Shown: one piece after another, positions 38,181 through 51,547 of the stretch
Position numbering within the stretch: the stretch's first letter is position 1
Layout: each line of letters begins with the position of its first letter
Source: Chrysomallon squamiferum
Taxonomy: Eukaryota > Animalia > Mollusca
Direction: 5' to 3'
Assembly: GCA_012295275.1 (NCBI GenBank)
Contig: CM022679.1
Span: 3,844,001 to 3,908,000, forward strand
Length of the DNA stretch: 64,000 bases
The notes under the pieces: model-generated
The model's database searches: none
What the model was told of the DNA's origin: nothing
The model's input: the letters and a program-made list of their open reading frames with translations, nothing else
Translations under genes and position numbers: made by a program

Positions 38181-41100
38181 TTATTTGGATTTCATATCTT
38201 TTACTGCATTCAAAACATCATCAAGATTTGCAGCATCCCCAAATTCTTGTTCTCTGTGTTCCAGAAATATTCCATTTTTGCCCACCACAAATACACCTGT
38301 GTGAAGAATAATGAAATAAATGTAACATTTTTTAAAAATACAGTTTTTCTGTTAAAGTAAAAAGGTAACTGATATTTAAATTTAAATTAATAATAACGGT
38401 AGTGTTGTTTTTCCTGGATCATTATTATTATATCATTATCAGTCATTGTTATTGTCATCATTAACTAAAACAAAAAAAGCTGAACAGAAATAAAAAGAAT
38501 CATGTCCAATTTTAAATTACTACAGAGTGTGTTAAATTTGCTATAATAAATACAATTGTAAAACATGATACATTTGATTGGAATAACCTATTTTATTTAT
38601 TATTAACAAAATATACTTTCTTCAAGACTGACTGTCATAAACACTACAAAAAGTGAGAAAAGTCTACCTCCAAGCAGTGTCCCATCACCAGCAAAGTTTC
38701 CTTTTATGCCTGACTTCCAGTTTTTATATATGTTGGACCAGACTTTGGCTCGAAGCAGTGCTGACAGTAAAAGACGCCTTTCTTCTGGCCCATAAAATCC
38801 ACACTGGAACAATTGTAACATAACCTCCATCAGTTATAATTTTAAAAAAAAAAAAACACACACACACACACAAGTACACATGCACGTTAAATTTATAACA
38901 AAAGCCATTAAATATATCACCTGTAAAACATGTTATTTTTATCTACAAAGCCATTAAATGTACATAAATACAATTAGCACCAGAACAGCCTTCACATTAA
39001 TTTCCAATAAAAACTTTTATATTAATTACTATATTAAACTACTGAATAAAGTGCCAAACATAACTATTGATCTTACAAAGCAATTAGGTTAATTTCCAAC
39101 TAAATATGAAATAACCCATACTTATCCTAAATTAAATAAAGTAATGACAGACCATAAATGTGGCCAACATCAGTGAAGTTATAAAATTTTTTAAAAAAAT
39201 TTTTTATATCTTCTAGTTTACAATAAATGAACTGATCATATACAGTTTCTTGTAGAAAAAAAAACAATTGATCAAAAGAACTGCTTTAGATTTCAAAAGC
39301 CTTCATTGACACTGCCAACTTTTGACGTCAAAAAATAAAGAAATAAAATATTTTTAAAAATTATTTTCTTAATGAAAGGATTATTTCTTCTGCTTCAAAA
39401 AAACATAATAAAATGAATCTGAAGAACAGTCTGGAAAAGTGACAGTGCTCTGTTGTACTAACCTTTTCATCAAGGTACACTTCACCATCAAAGAAATCTT
39501 TGAAACTTTTGGCACCCAGAGTCTCATGTACTACAGCGTACAGACCGACTCCATGGGTATCCAGTTGTGGTTTCAGAGAGGAAAGGTTTTTGGCCTCCTT
39601 AAATAAATAAATAAGTAAATAAGTAAATAAATAAACACACAAACAGACAAACAAATGAAGAAAGAAAGAAAGAAATGAAATTACTTTGATTTTCAGCTTC
39701 TACAATAATTACATAAATAAATTAATTAACAATTCATTTAAAATATGATACTAACAATAACTGTACTCAGGGATATCATCATCGACTTTTTCTGTTCTTT
39801 AAGAATGTTAAAACAGCAAGAATTTCAAAAAAAAGAAAAAGAAAGAAATAGTGTCCACAACTAAACTGTGGTCAAACTACAAGAAAAGTGGATGAATTAG
39901 AACTGACCTCTCTGCACATGGGTCATCCAGGTCGCCTCACTGCCATGATAACTGCACCAGATTTCTCCCACAGTTTTGAGGCCTTCAGAGGAAATAATTT
40001 AAAATTTAACAAGGATTCAAGAAATACAAATAAAATTCAATAACTGAGAGTTGTGGCAACTTTGCCAATGATTTGTTAAAATGAAAAAAAAAAAGTTTTG
40101 AGATTTTTATGAACCGTAATAATATGACTATCCAGTGGTCAAAAAAAAATTAACTATTTAAACACTTTATGAGAATCTAAATTTAAGGACATAACCAGTT
40201 CAAAATACATATTCAATGTTGTAAGTGCAACAAAATCAATTACAAGTAAAAAAAGTTTTATTTAACAAAATTAATTCAACTTAGAATAAAATTTAAATAA
40301 TGGTGATATTTTATATTTTATATTATCTGTAAAATGCACCTACCAATATTTCTTTTGGTGGCTCATCAAATGTTTGCAATTTGATGGAAGACAAATAAGA
40401 AAGTGTGGCTTTCTTTGGACATGGTATAAATGGATTAGATGGAAGATTACACAAAACTGCCACGCCCGCAGCTACACCCGCCACACCCATCATTAACCGA
40501 GACATTGTTATCTCAGGTAGGTAACTGAAATAATTGAAAAATTATTATACAGTAAATTTAGTTATCACTGGTTATTAGATTTTAGCAAAACAACACATGA
40601 CAGGAAACACAAGAAGTAAATGAATATATTATGTTATATAATGGTTCTTGCCAAAGCAGTGACAAAACAGAGCTACAGCTAGCCTGAGTGTAGTAAGAAG
40701 GAATAATTTTGATATTTTAAAGAAATCTGAACTCAATTTATAAAGCTTTACAATTCTGTTTTACAGAAAATTGTATCTTTAAATTAACTTCTTTTTTTCT
40801 CTTTTTTTTTTAAAGTGAAATTGCATATTTAAAAAAATATTAATAAAGACACACCTAGTATATTAACTCAGATTACAACAAACACTCTAAGGCTGTCTCA
40901 AATTGATTCAGTATGTTTTGTGCTAATTTTGTAATGGAGAATTTAAACATAACAAATGTGCTGACAAAAACAGCCATGTTGTCACAGTTCACTTGGTGAT
41001 TCATTTTCTGTTTTTAATGTAGCTTGCCGTAAACATGTCACAAATTGTAACTCATAGCTGGGTTATATGTAAGCATTCTTCTGAATTTAATATAATTACA

Positions 41101-43618
41101 CAATTATCAGATTTTTTTACTGTTTGAAAACTACTTTATAAGTAATGATTAATTTTTGTAGGTGATGTGGTTAGTGCCGTTTTAAAGTGATTTTTAAGGT
41201 TAACATGAACTGTGAAACGTTAAACTTTGTACATCAAACATATACAGGGAATGTTTGAAGTTTATAAATGTTAATTTTGGCATTTTCAGTTAATACCATA
41301 TTTCTTGAAAGTGCCACTGAGCAAAAGGTTTAATATAAATATTATTTTTATTATTAATGCACCCTTGAACTGACTTAGAATGGAAAAGGTGCTGTATAAA
41401 TAGGATTTATGATTTACAAAATATTTTCAAAAATCCTTCAATTAATTCTGTCTGAAAACACTTTTTCTTTTAATTATTTTCTGTAAAACAACAAAAAACA
41501 TAATACATTACTTATTGGATTCCACATACTGAGGACTTTCCCTCTTATAATTCAGTGGTACTGTTCAAGCTAATCTTTTTAATAAGGAATGATTTATTTG
41601 TGTTGGATATGAAAATTATGCAGTGGAATGGCAAAAAATAATTACTTCTGTCTATAGCAAACAGCAAAAAACATTTTAAAGGTAAAGTTCATTTAAGTCA
41701 AAAACATTATACAGGCTTTTAAAATAAATTGCATTTATGAAAAAAAAAAAAAAACCTGCAGACTGAGTGGTTCAAGCCAGTGTGCATGTAATGTTGTAAC
41801 TTGTACAATTCAAGCGAGAAAAATGATCTTCTTCTCAGTTACTATTCCTGAGAAAAAGGCATGATCTGTGTGTGGCATCAACTGACTGCTGTATTCACAA
41901 ACAATAACAATTAAACAAATTAAAACTCAAAATCTAGCCGCTTTGTTTAAAAGTTTACCTTGAAACCTGTTCCTTTCAAAATTGCAAGTTGAAGTATCTC
42001 AAATATTGCTGACTGACAAGTCTCACTTGTAACCAGTGAATTTATGTTCTTTGTTTTCTAGACAGATGACCACCCACAAACAGGCTCATACATTTATTTC
42101 AAGAATATCACTGAAATACCAACCCAAAAGTTGCTGCTCCACCTAAGATGCACACGGCTGCAATAAGCCCAACATAAAACGTCATGGGAAGTCTAAAAAA
42201 CACTCCTGGAGCAGAGAATTACACTCAAGTTAGTATAACACACACTTACACTCAAGAACACTAATACATATCTTCACAAACACACACACGACACACACAC
42301 AAAGTACACACATGATCTTTCAAATATAAATGTACCGACACACACACACACACATTCAGGCACAAAAACAATGTTAAATAATAACCTACATTTTTGAAAG
42401 ACATTCATCACAATGAAGATGACTTCACTGCGCCTTAATAAATTACAATTTATTTCCAGTTTTGAAAAATAAAATAATTAAAATTAAAAATTACCCAAAT
42501 AACCAGCATGGCATTTCGTAAAACTTGAAATATTTCACAAGTGCTTATAACCTGAATCTCTTAATACAGTACTTTCAAGTATATATCAGATATACTTCCT
42601 TTTGAATTCAGGAAATATAATGTAGTCCTAAGTCAGAAGATGAAATAAATGTGTAAACTAAAAGTATCTTATTTGACAAGAAAACTAAAGCAAATTCATC
42701 ACCAACAATAAATGCAAGTTATATGATTTGACCAAACTGTATCAGCATGACATTTTGACAGCAGAAATTTAAAACAAGAGAGATAAATTTAAAATGAACA
42801 AGAGAGAAAGAGTTTTCATCAAAACTGTTGTTTTCATGGATATAATGTCTGATAATGAAGTGATTTAACACTCAGTAGCAAGCCAGCTTATTATTATTTT
42901 CACTTATTGATGTGAGGCTAGACTGTAATGAGAAATAATTAAAAAGATGAAAAAAATAATAATAATAATAATTAATTAAAATAAATAAAATAAAATAAAA
43001 TAAAATAATTAAAAAAAAATAATTGATTAACTGCTCAACTGTATTGTTATTTAGTTAATTTTGTTAGTAGTGCATGCATTTTTCATTTAAATTATCTAAA
43101 CATTTCTTTCCTATCTCATGTTTTTTTTTTGAGGGGGGGCAAAGAGTTAATGTATTTCAAAGGCATACATTAAAAATTTAATTATTAAATTACAAGATAT
43201 AATTTCGTGACATTGCATCAGATGAGACAATCCAATAATCAGTATGTTACCACTGTTTTAAGTGTATCAAAGGTTATCAGCCATGTCGACATCCACAATA
43301 GTCAATAGTAAGTATCTGGTTGCCGGATTACCATGCAATTATTAAGCATATTATTATCTATTACTTATTTGGTCTACACTGTCTTTCTTTAACTTTAACC
43401 GAATGTGCAAATGCAAAACTGTGACTAACACGCGCTTGACTATAAAGTCAAAAAAATGGCGTCAGAAGTTTAAAATAAATAAAAATTAACCAAACTTCGT
43501 CGTTATGGAAACGAAGTATTGCATAACCTTAAGTATTTTTGAAACTATATGTTGTATATTTCACACCAAAACGTCGACATTACCTTTTAACCTTTTCCTT
43601 TAGTTCATCTAGCTTCAT
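38181..43618 (-). CDS. PRXL2A: Selenoprotein U / peroxiredoxin-like 2A (FAM213A), ~225 aa, Sec-containing
   Basis: Exons 43618-43584 (less certain, ATG 40505 is an alternative start), 40524-40344, 39982-39908, 39597-39463, 38803-38668, 38296-38181, phases consistent. Motifs LWEKSGAVIMAVRRPG-U-PMCRE, GEVYLDEK, LGGVFVVG, LEHREQEFGD. Confidence 0.92.
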
Positions 43619-45758
43619 GAATGTCAGAAAACTTCTGCATAAAACTAAAACATTGCAACTGCTCAATCTACAGGTGTCCGAAGTCTACGCTTATATTGTA
43701 GGGGAGATAATCTATTATTGTTATTTCTATTTTTAAAAGAATGTCAGACTTGTTTACAACAATCGCAAAGCACAATACTGGCAGACTGTCACATTTAACA
43801 TCACAGTTTAACTTTGCGTCACGTTTTTATTGATAAGTGATATTAATAATTATAAATTAAACTGTCTTTCACTTGTTGCTTATGTGAATTACTGATACAT
43901 GTTTTAACATTGTCAATAAATTGAATAAATTTGTTATTCAGTGAATAGGTTAAAAAGGCCCTATACTTTACCAGAATTCATAAACTGATTTTTAAATCTT
44001 GTTCATACTCTTAAGCATGACTAAAAAGCACACACAAAAAAACCGAAGACTATATAGAATGACACCTTCGATTACGTCATTTCCTTTTTAAATATCCCGG
44101 GTAAAGAATTTGAACGAAATTGCTGATTTTATTTTTCCTTGACCTTGTTATATAAAATAAAATAATAATAATGGTGGATTGAAAACAGTCCGTTTTGTAA
44201 CAACAAGCTACAGAAATGTGTGTTTAATTTTGGTTATAAAGATCAAATATGAAATTAATTAATTCAGCCAAAATTAGTATAAGAAGGGAAACAAAATAAT
44301 TGTTAAATAATAAAAGAAAAAATACAAGGTTTTTGCAAAGATGCCTCTGTCCCATTTTTTTTTTTTTTTTTTTTTTGTGTGTATTTACTTTCAAGTTATT
44401 GTTTTGTATTCCATAACTAATCTTTTTTAATAATAAAATGCTAATCTTCTGTTATTATCATTTTCTGTTTTGATTGAAATATGTCATTGAAAATCTCAAG
44501 ACAGTTCATAGATTAGTATGGATGGAAGATACTGCTTAATTGATATTCTTTTATCCTTTTTGATAGCCAAAATGAAGGCTTCAGTTATCAGAATCACAAA
44601 GAGAGTGCTCAGATAAAGCTGAACAGACATGGTTTAGGAGTGTATGTTGACCAAGACTTAATATTCATCACACTTTGTCAAATGGTCAATATGGCTAACA
44701 AGTCAGCAAACACATGGTACCTAAAGCCTCTGATGAGAATAAATCAAACTTTAAACTGATATAAATTCCATAGCTTAAACAAATTAGAAGTACATAGGTG
44801 TAGTTTTATTTTAATTTAAAATTAAAATGTATAAAAGATGACAGGTGGTAGTAATATGCCATAATGAGAAAAATTTATTTTTTATTGCAGATAATTTAAA
44901 ACATTTATTTCAAGAGTTGTTCATTAAATAACAGTACACAAGTTTTTTTTATATAAATACAAGTAAAAAAAAAAATATGTTGAAAAAAGTAAGTTAACTA
45001 TTTAAAGAACAAATATAGGACAGATTAGAAGTACTGAAAATACAACACAACTAAAATAGAAAAAAAAATAATAATAATGCAAAGGAAACAAAAATCAAGA
45101 AAAGAAAAAAGATTTTTGTGAATCTTGATCCATTTATTAAATTCTGCTGGTTTCAGAGCATCAAAACTGCCTGTCCAAGCAAAGAAAGTAGAGCAAGACA
45201 AAAAGTGAACATACCAACATAACATACATTATAAACAGTAACAACTGGGCAACGTTAGCTGTAACCATATGTGAACTGAAAAATAGCAATTTGAACAAAA
45301 ATATGTGTGTTCTACATTAGAACAGTGTTTTCAGCAATACAGTGAATGTAATGTATAAATCAGAAGCAGGTATGCTAAATCACATAAATTACATGAACTA
45401 CCATTGATTAACTGTTCAGAGTTTGTTTATTATTTTAGGGCTGTTTTTTTTTTTTTTTTTAATTTTTTTTTTTTTTAATGAGATTAAATATAATTTTATT
45501 TTAGATATGAAGCAATAAAGACCACTGGAATTCCACCAAATGTTTTAGAAATGTGTTTTCAAAAGAAACAAAGAAACCATTCAACTAGAACTTTAGTGTT
45601 TGTAAAGTACTAACACATCCACTGTTTGTCATTTTACTGTTACATGATTCCAGATTATTATCCATGTCAACTACATATATCCATTTTTTTCATTTAACTG
45701 TAACTTTCAACAAAATAACTGCATGTGAAATATCAAAACCAAAATGAATTCTATTATA

Positions 45759-48700
45759 TCATTGCTGAAGTTGGGCTTCCATTGCAGTTGCCATCCATTC
45801 CGGTTCAGTTTGTGTAATTTTCTCAATAATGTTATTTACTTGAAAACATAAACTTTGAATCTGTTTGTCCCAGGTTGGCAGAGTTTCTCGAGCTAGGAAA
45901 AAAAAAAATAATAATAATGAAGATTTAAAATATATATTGACATGCACAGGTTCATTATAAAGTTCTTTTATAACTTCTGATCCATGCACAAAAAAGAATA
46001 AGAGAAAAATATAATTTAATGTTCAAGTATATTTATAGTTTAAATTTTATAGTCATTATGAAATAATTGAAAATCAGGTACAAATACAATTCTAGAAATT
46101 CAAAATTGTAACATCTTTTAATGAAGTAATTAGTTTGTTACACTTCCATAACATATGGTTATTAATAATCTGACTTTTCAAAAATGCAGATGTTAGTCTG
46201 TTGATATGCATTACCACTTTGACTGAATGCATGCTTAAACAAAATCTGTATTGAGTAAGTTCATTATCGTTAATTAATTTAAAATATTAACAAAAAAATC
46301 AATAACTTTTTACCTTCAAAGTGCACAATGGAAGCTATCTGATCCACACATCCATTCATCCGTTCCTCTGTAATCATTTGTGAAGCTATTTTCTCAGCCT
46401 GTAAAGAACAGATACAATATAAACACAAGTGACTATGTGAACAAATAGTTTCAGTATAATTTATTTACACTGTAATTCAATGTCACTGTTTTTTTGAGTT
46501 TTTTAATTAGGCCACCATCCTTTGCTACTAGTTAAGTATGATGATATAGAAACAAGCGCAAAGAAATTGATCTATTTGTGACCCAATTTCAAAATAAACA
46601 ACAGTTGTGATATCACTATTCTATTTAACACTTTTCACATTTTTGTTGTTTTATTTATTTACAAAATGTCTTACTTTACACAGAAAGCAAAAACTGCAAT
46701 CGACAAAAGTTGCACGAAAAATTGATAAAAAATTTAATTTTAATTATTCAGACTGTGATAGTTTCATATTTGCTTTTCTGATTAAGATAAATAAACAAAG
46801 CAAGTATATAATACTTGGTTTCGTTTATGTATCTTTAAGATACATTGAATAAAATTTTAAAACAATGAATAATAAAAACTAACATACATTAAAAATAAAG
46901 ATAATAATATAAAAAAATAATAACTAACCTTAGTGGGAGGTATTTCTAATAATGAACCGAGTTCACTAAATGAAATATTATTGTATAGTTTACTAGCAGA
47001 TAACAAATTGTGTTCAATGACAGCCCGGTCAAGAATAGTTGATCCATCAGCTGTCATTGCCTTCTGATGAGGCTGCAGTAAAGCCTAAAATAAATAAATT
47101 TTACATTAATTACTTCTATTAATTAAGGAAAACTGTTGTTCTCTGACAGTACAGTGAATAGCTAATATTACGTCTTCACAGAAATATTATACACTTCAAT
47201 TACAGTAAGTATTACTACCAAATATGTGTATAAATATAAAATCTCTTAAGTAATTTTTTTTATATCTACATTGCTTAATACAATTTCTTATTGTTTATTT
47301 AATTTTTTAACAAGGAAATGAATACAAAAGAAAATGTATTATATCAAAACCAAGGAGCCTGACAGAAATACAAAACTAATGGCTCTAGAACTTGATATTA
47401 CTAAAAGCTATCTTGAATTAAAAATAGTTTTTTTTTTTCTCTGTTTATTTAGTTTCTGTCCCATGATGACAGTCAACTATAAAAAACCCAGAAGATAAAA
47501 TGAGTTATTTAATCAGACATATGTTACATAATTCAATTATTCTTAATCAAGATAGCACTGTAGCAAATTTGTTCATTTTATTTCATTTCTCAAAGAGCTA
47601 CTTCAAATAAAAAATGATTCCTCAGAATGAGAAAATGGCACAACAAAAAGTATTTTATGCAAAAATAAAAGCTGCTTGAATACAAGATGACCAGCAACTA
47701 CCGAATCACTTTAGCTTAAGTGATTCAAGAAAGCCACAAAAACATTTGCTGAGTTTGTGAATTTTGTCTGGCCTCATTAAAAACATTAAACATTAAAAAC
47801 AAAAAAAAAGTATTTTCCGCTTTACCTGAAAATCTTGTAGATCGCTGCTTCTGATTATTCTGTCGAGGTACATTTTCTCAAGGATGTTAAAAGATGGCAA
47901 CTGCTGACATCGTTCATCTTTGAACAACGTTGCTAGCATTCGTGAGCGCTGCTGCCCTGCCGATGCCAGGATGGTGCAGATGAGAGCATTTTTCAGAGCT
48001 GTGAGTCTTTCCTCTTCGGCCACAATCGTCTTGTAGGACAGCTCATTGTATCGCTGAGCAGCTTCAATAAACTTCCACCGGAAATCTAGAACCCGTGCAT
48101 AACAAGCCTGAAACAAAAAGTTATCAGATGACAAAGAGATAAACTAACATTCAGCCAAACATTTTAATATTAATGGTCACTAGGTATATTATCTGTGGGA
48201 AGATTTGCATAAAATATCTTTTGTTGACATTGGGTTTCATCTCTTACATTTTACAAAATTTAATAACTATCTGTCACAATTTGGTGATCTGATGAAATAG
48301 TTTTAACTGTATACTAATATTTTATTTGTACAGTTTAAAAATATCTTAGTGCCTAGTATTTTTCTGTAGTCTTCATATGGAATTTGTAAAATGGCAAGAT
48401 TCAGATGTTCAGTAATGTTAGTATTCTGCTGCTATAATCTGCTATCAGTGATTTTTGGTCACTCACAAAACAAATAAAATAATAACCTGTGTGTATGAAG
48501 ATTTTTTTAAGATTAATTATTCATACACTCTAAGTATTATTTCATAGCATCCCAGGTACATAATAAGTACTGGTATTAAACAAAACAAATGAACAGTGAA
48601 AATGATATTACATGAATGAATAACAGAATGCTCTCTGTGTTCTACCTTGTAATGTATTTGAAGTTTTTCATTCTGAGAGTCAGCTTGAAGCAGTGAAGCT

Positions 48701-51146
48701 CTGTTGATAAAAGCTTCAGCTTGGACAGGATCATCATCCTCCAAATATAGTCGGGCTATCTTCAAGTAGGTGTCAAGTTTGTAGTCTGTAGAATATTGTC
48801 TGAAAAATAAATTAATTTAGACATGAAATAGAAAATTGTCTGTGAAAAATAATATTCAATGCATGATAAAAGTTTGTGCCAGAGTTGGAAAAATAAAATA
48901 CACAATAATGCTTGACAAATGTAACAAAACTCTTTCGTAATTTTATTTTATTTTATTTTTTTTTGATTCTGCTGAAAAACATATAAATTATAAAAACATA
49001 TTAAATAAATAAATAATAAAAAAATTAATTAAATTAAATTAAAACTGAATATCAATAATTTATATACTGAGATATCAAACAGCATCTAATTAATTCATAG
49101 CCTGACAAATGTAAAATTTCAGAGAAATTGATAATTTAAAGCTGATATGATAAATGATTTATATGATGGCAAAAGAAAATAAAGTGGCACTCTCCTATCT
49201 TTATTTGCTATATTTTTATAGATGTTGGTAATTTATTCTTACTTCTGTCCAGTTTCCAAAGGAATTCCAACCAACACATTGGCTGCCTCCCGCCAGCTAC
49301 ATTCTCTCTCATAGATATTAGCAAGATGTTGACGAATGGCAGCAACCTGTTATAAATAATAACTTAAAATGCAGAATCATATTTTAAGCAGCATTAGTAA
49401 GAAAATATGGGTTTTTTCAAATAAAATTAAGTTGAAGGATAAAATCAGTGTTTAAAAAATTTGAAAAAAAAAAAAAAGAGTCATTGAGAGGTACATAAAG
49501 GGAAAAATAAACCAATTCAGACTATCAAAAAATGCTCCTGTCAATGATGAAAAAAATGGTTGTGGACAGATTGTAGATGATCATTCCTCTACCTACTGAC
49601 ACTGATCAAGATTCTAGTTCAGTTGCTTTCAGTCTATCAAGTATTTCAAATGAATGTGTCCTGATACAAGGAATTGATGTCAAACAGAAGAGACAAACAA
49701 CATTTTGCAGACACCAAGCATGGCAAAATTGTCACTTGAGCCTATTTAAATAACAATTTTTTTAGTATCATTATAAATGTTTAGCAAAAGATTTAAACAG
49801 TTCTAGTTATCAAAGTATTAAATATTTGGAGACCTGTGTTAAATTACTGAAAAAAGCTGACAAATTTGAAAAAGATATCTAGAAATTAAATACTAATCCT
49901 AAAATTAAACTTCAGCCTTGGTTTTTCTGACCAAGCTGTACAGTCAGTGATTCCTTGAAGCATGAAATGGTACATCTACACACAGTACAGAGGATGTAAC
50001 CTAACAAATCCCCATTAAATTACCTGTTCCTCAAAAGAAATAACTCTGGTGTGAATCTTGTCGAGAGAAAAATGTGCGATCTGTTTTGCCACCACATCAT
50101 TCAGTTTTGTTAACTGTGTTGTAAAATCTGTCAGAATCTGTCGTGAAATAACCAAGCTTACATTTTCATTGACCACTGAAATAAGAAGTTTCACAGTAGT
50201 TAGCTAATTATAATTATTATCATTCAAAGTAGATCTGAGCTAGTGAAGTCCTAAATACACATTTAAGAACAGGATGCTTCAAGCTAATTTTGTTCTCTTT
50301 ATTTCTTACTTTGTTAGTAGAAACCAATTTCTGTTAATACTGCATGACACTGACCATAAAATAACAAACTGTGGGATCAGACTTTATAAAGTGTTATTGT
50401 TGTTTTTTTTTTTTTTTGTGTATGCAGTTCAGGGAAATTGTACAGTGGAAGGTTTCTTACATCTCCCTGTTATACATACACAAAAAAGATGAAGTCAAAG
50501 AGACAAGATTAACTTACAAGCTTCTACAAATGCCTGAAGAGAAGGAATCAAATCTCCACTACTAGATGACAGAATATTTTCCAGTATTGCCTTATATCTG
50601 AAATAGTATAATAAAGATGTTAATATAAAATACATATGACATAATAAATTGTTTAAATACGTGCTCAGAGGTTTGCATCTACATAACTGCAATGATAAAA
50701 TAATTTAAAAAATAATAAATACAAAATATATTTTTACCAAAAAAAGGAAAACACCATTTTTAAAAACTAAAATCAGTCGTCCAATCAACCAGTTCAGTGG
50801 CAATGAAAATGTAATCAGGATTCTTAACTTTCAAAAATATAACATTATAGTATTATGAATATACCCAGATATGTATAATAACAGTGAATGTTTTTCATAA
50901 ATACAAAATTAACAAAAGGTAATTATTCATTATCATTTAAAAGACTGAGTCACCGTACACTGGTACAGCCACATCCGTTGCCACTTTTAATCAAATATAT
51001 TAATTTAATGTCACTGAATGAGCTTTATCCTACAAACTGTTTAAATAATTTCATCATTAGTACTTTTCGGTAACATCTTTATGAGATCCTCCCGAATGCG
51101 ATAAATTCGCCAGTTGTGCAAGTTGTTGTTTTACGGGGGCTGCCAT
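45759..51146 (-). CDS. COPS4: COP9 signalosome subunit 4
   Basis: About 9 exons (approx. 51146-51064, 50597-50518, 50176-50024, 49347-49243, 48799-48646, 48107-47826, 47084-46929, 46398-46314, 45893-45759). Peptides [86 protein letters not shown]. Confidence 0.95.
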
Positions 51147-51309
51147 ATTTTGTCATTCAGAAGTGAATAAAAATAATAAAATTATTTTATTCCTTCGTTA
51201 AAAACAGTCATTAACAAAAAATATGTCAGAATTTATTCTAAGTTTAGAAATAAAATTATTAAAGATATAATTAATCTTTATTCGTTCTTTCTGCAAATGG
51301 CTGCTAGAG

Positions 51310-51400
51310 TCATATTTGACCCGCGAAAATGCTTCGCGGAACATGAAGCTGTGGTTCTACTATTATGGGTTGGTAATGGTGGGCGCGTGATTTTGAACAA
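51310..51400 (+). promoter_or_regulatory. Bidirectional COPS4/LIN54 promoter with E2F-like and CDE/CHR sites
   Basis: CCCGCGAAAA ~51319-51328. GGCGCG-tgat-TTTGAA 51382-51397 with the canonical 4-nt spacer. CpG-rich island in an AT-rich background. Confidence 0.65.
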
Positions 51401-51547
51401 ATATAGAATGCCTGCGCAAGGAACAGGTGACATTAAGAGCGATATTTCAATTATCGGAGACATGTTTTTTGTATTTTAAAACACTGCCGAAATGATTCCT
51501 CATTAGACCATTTAACGAACGCTGAGTCCATTAAATTGTGTAATCCA

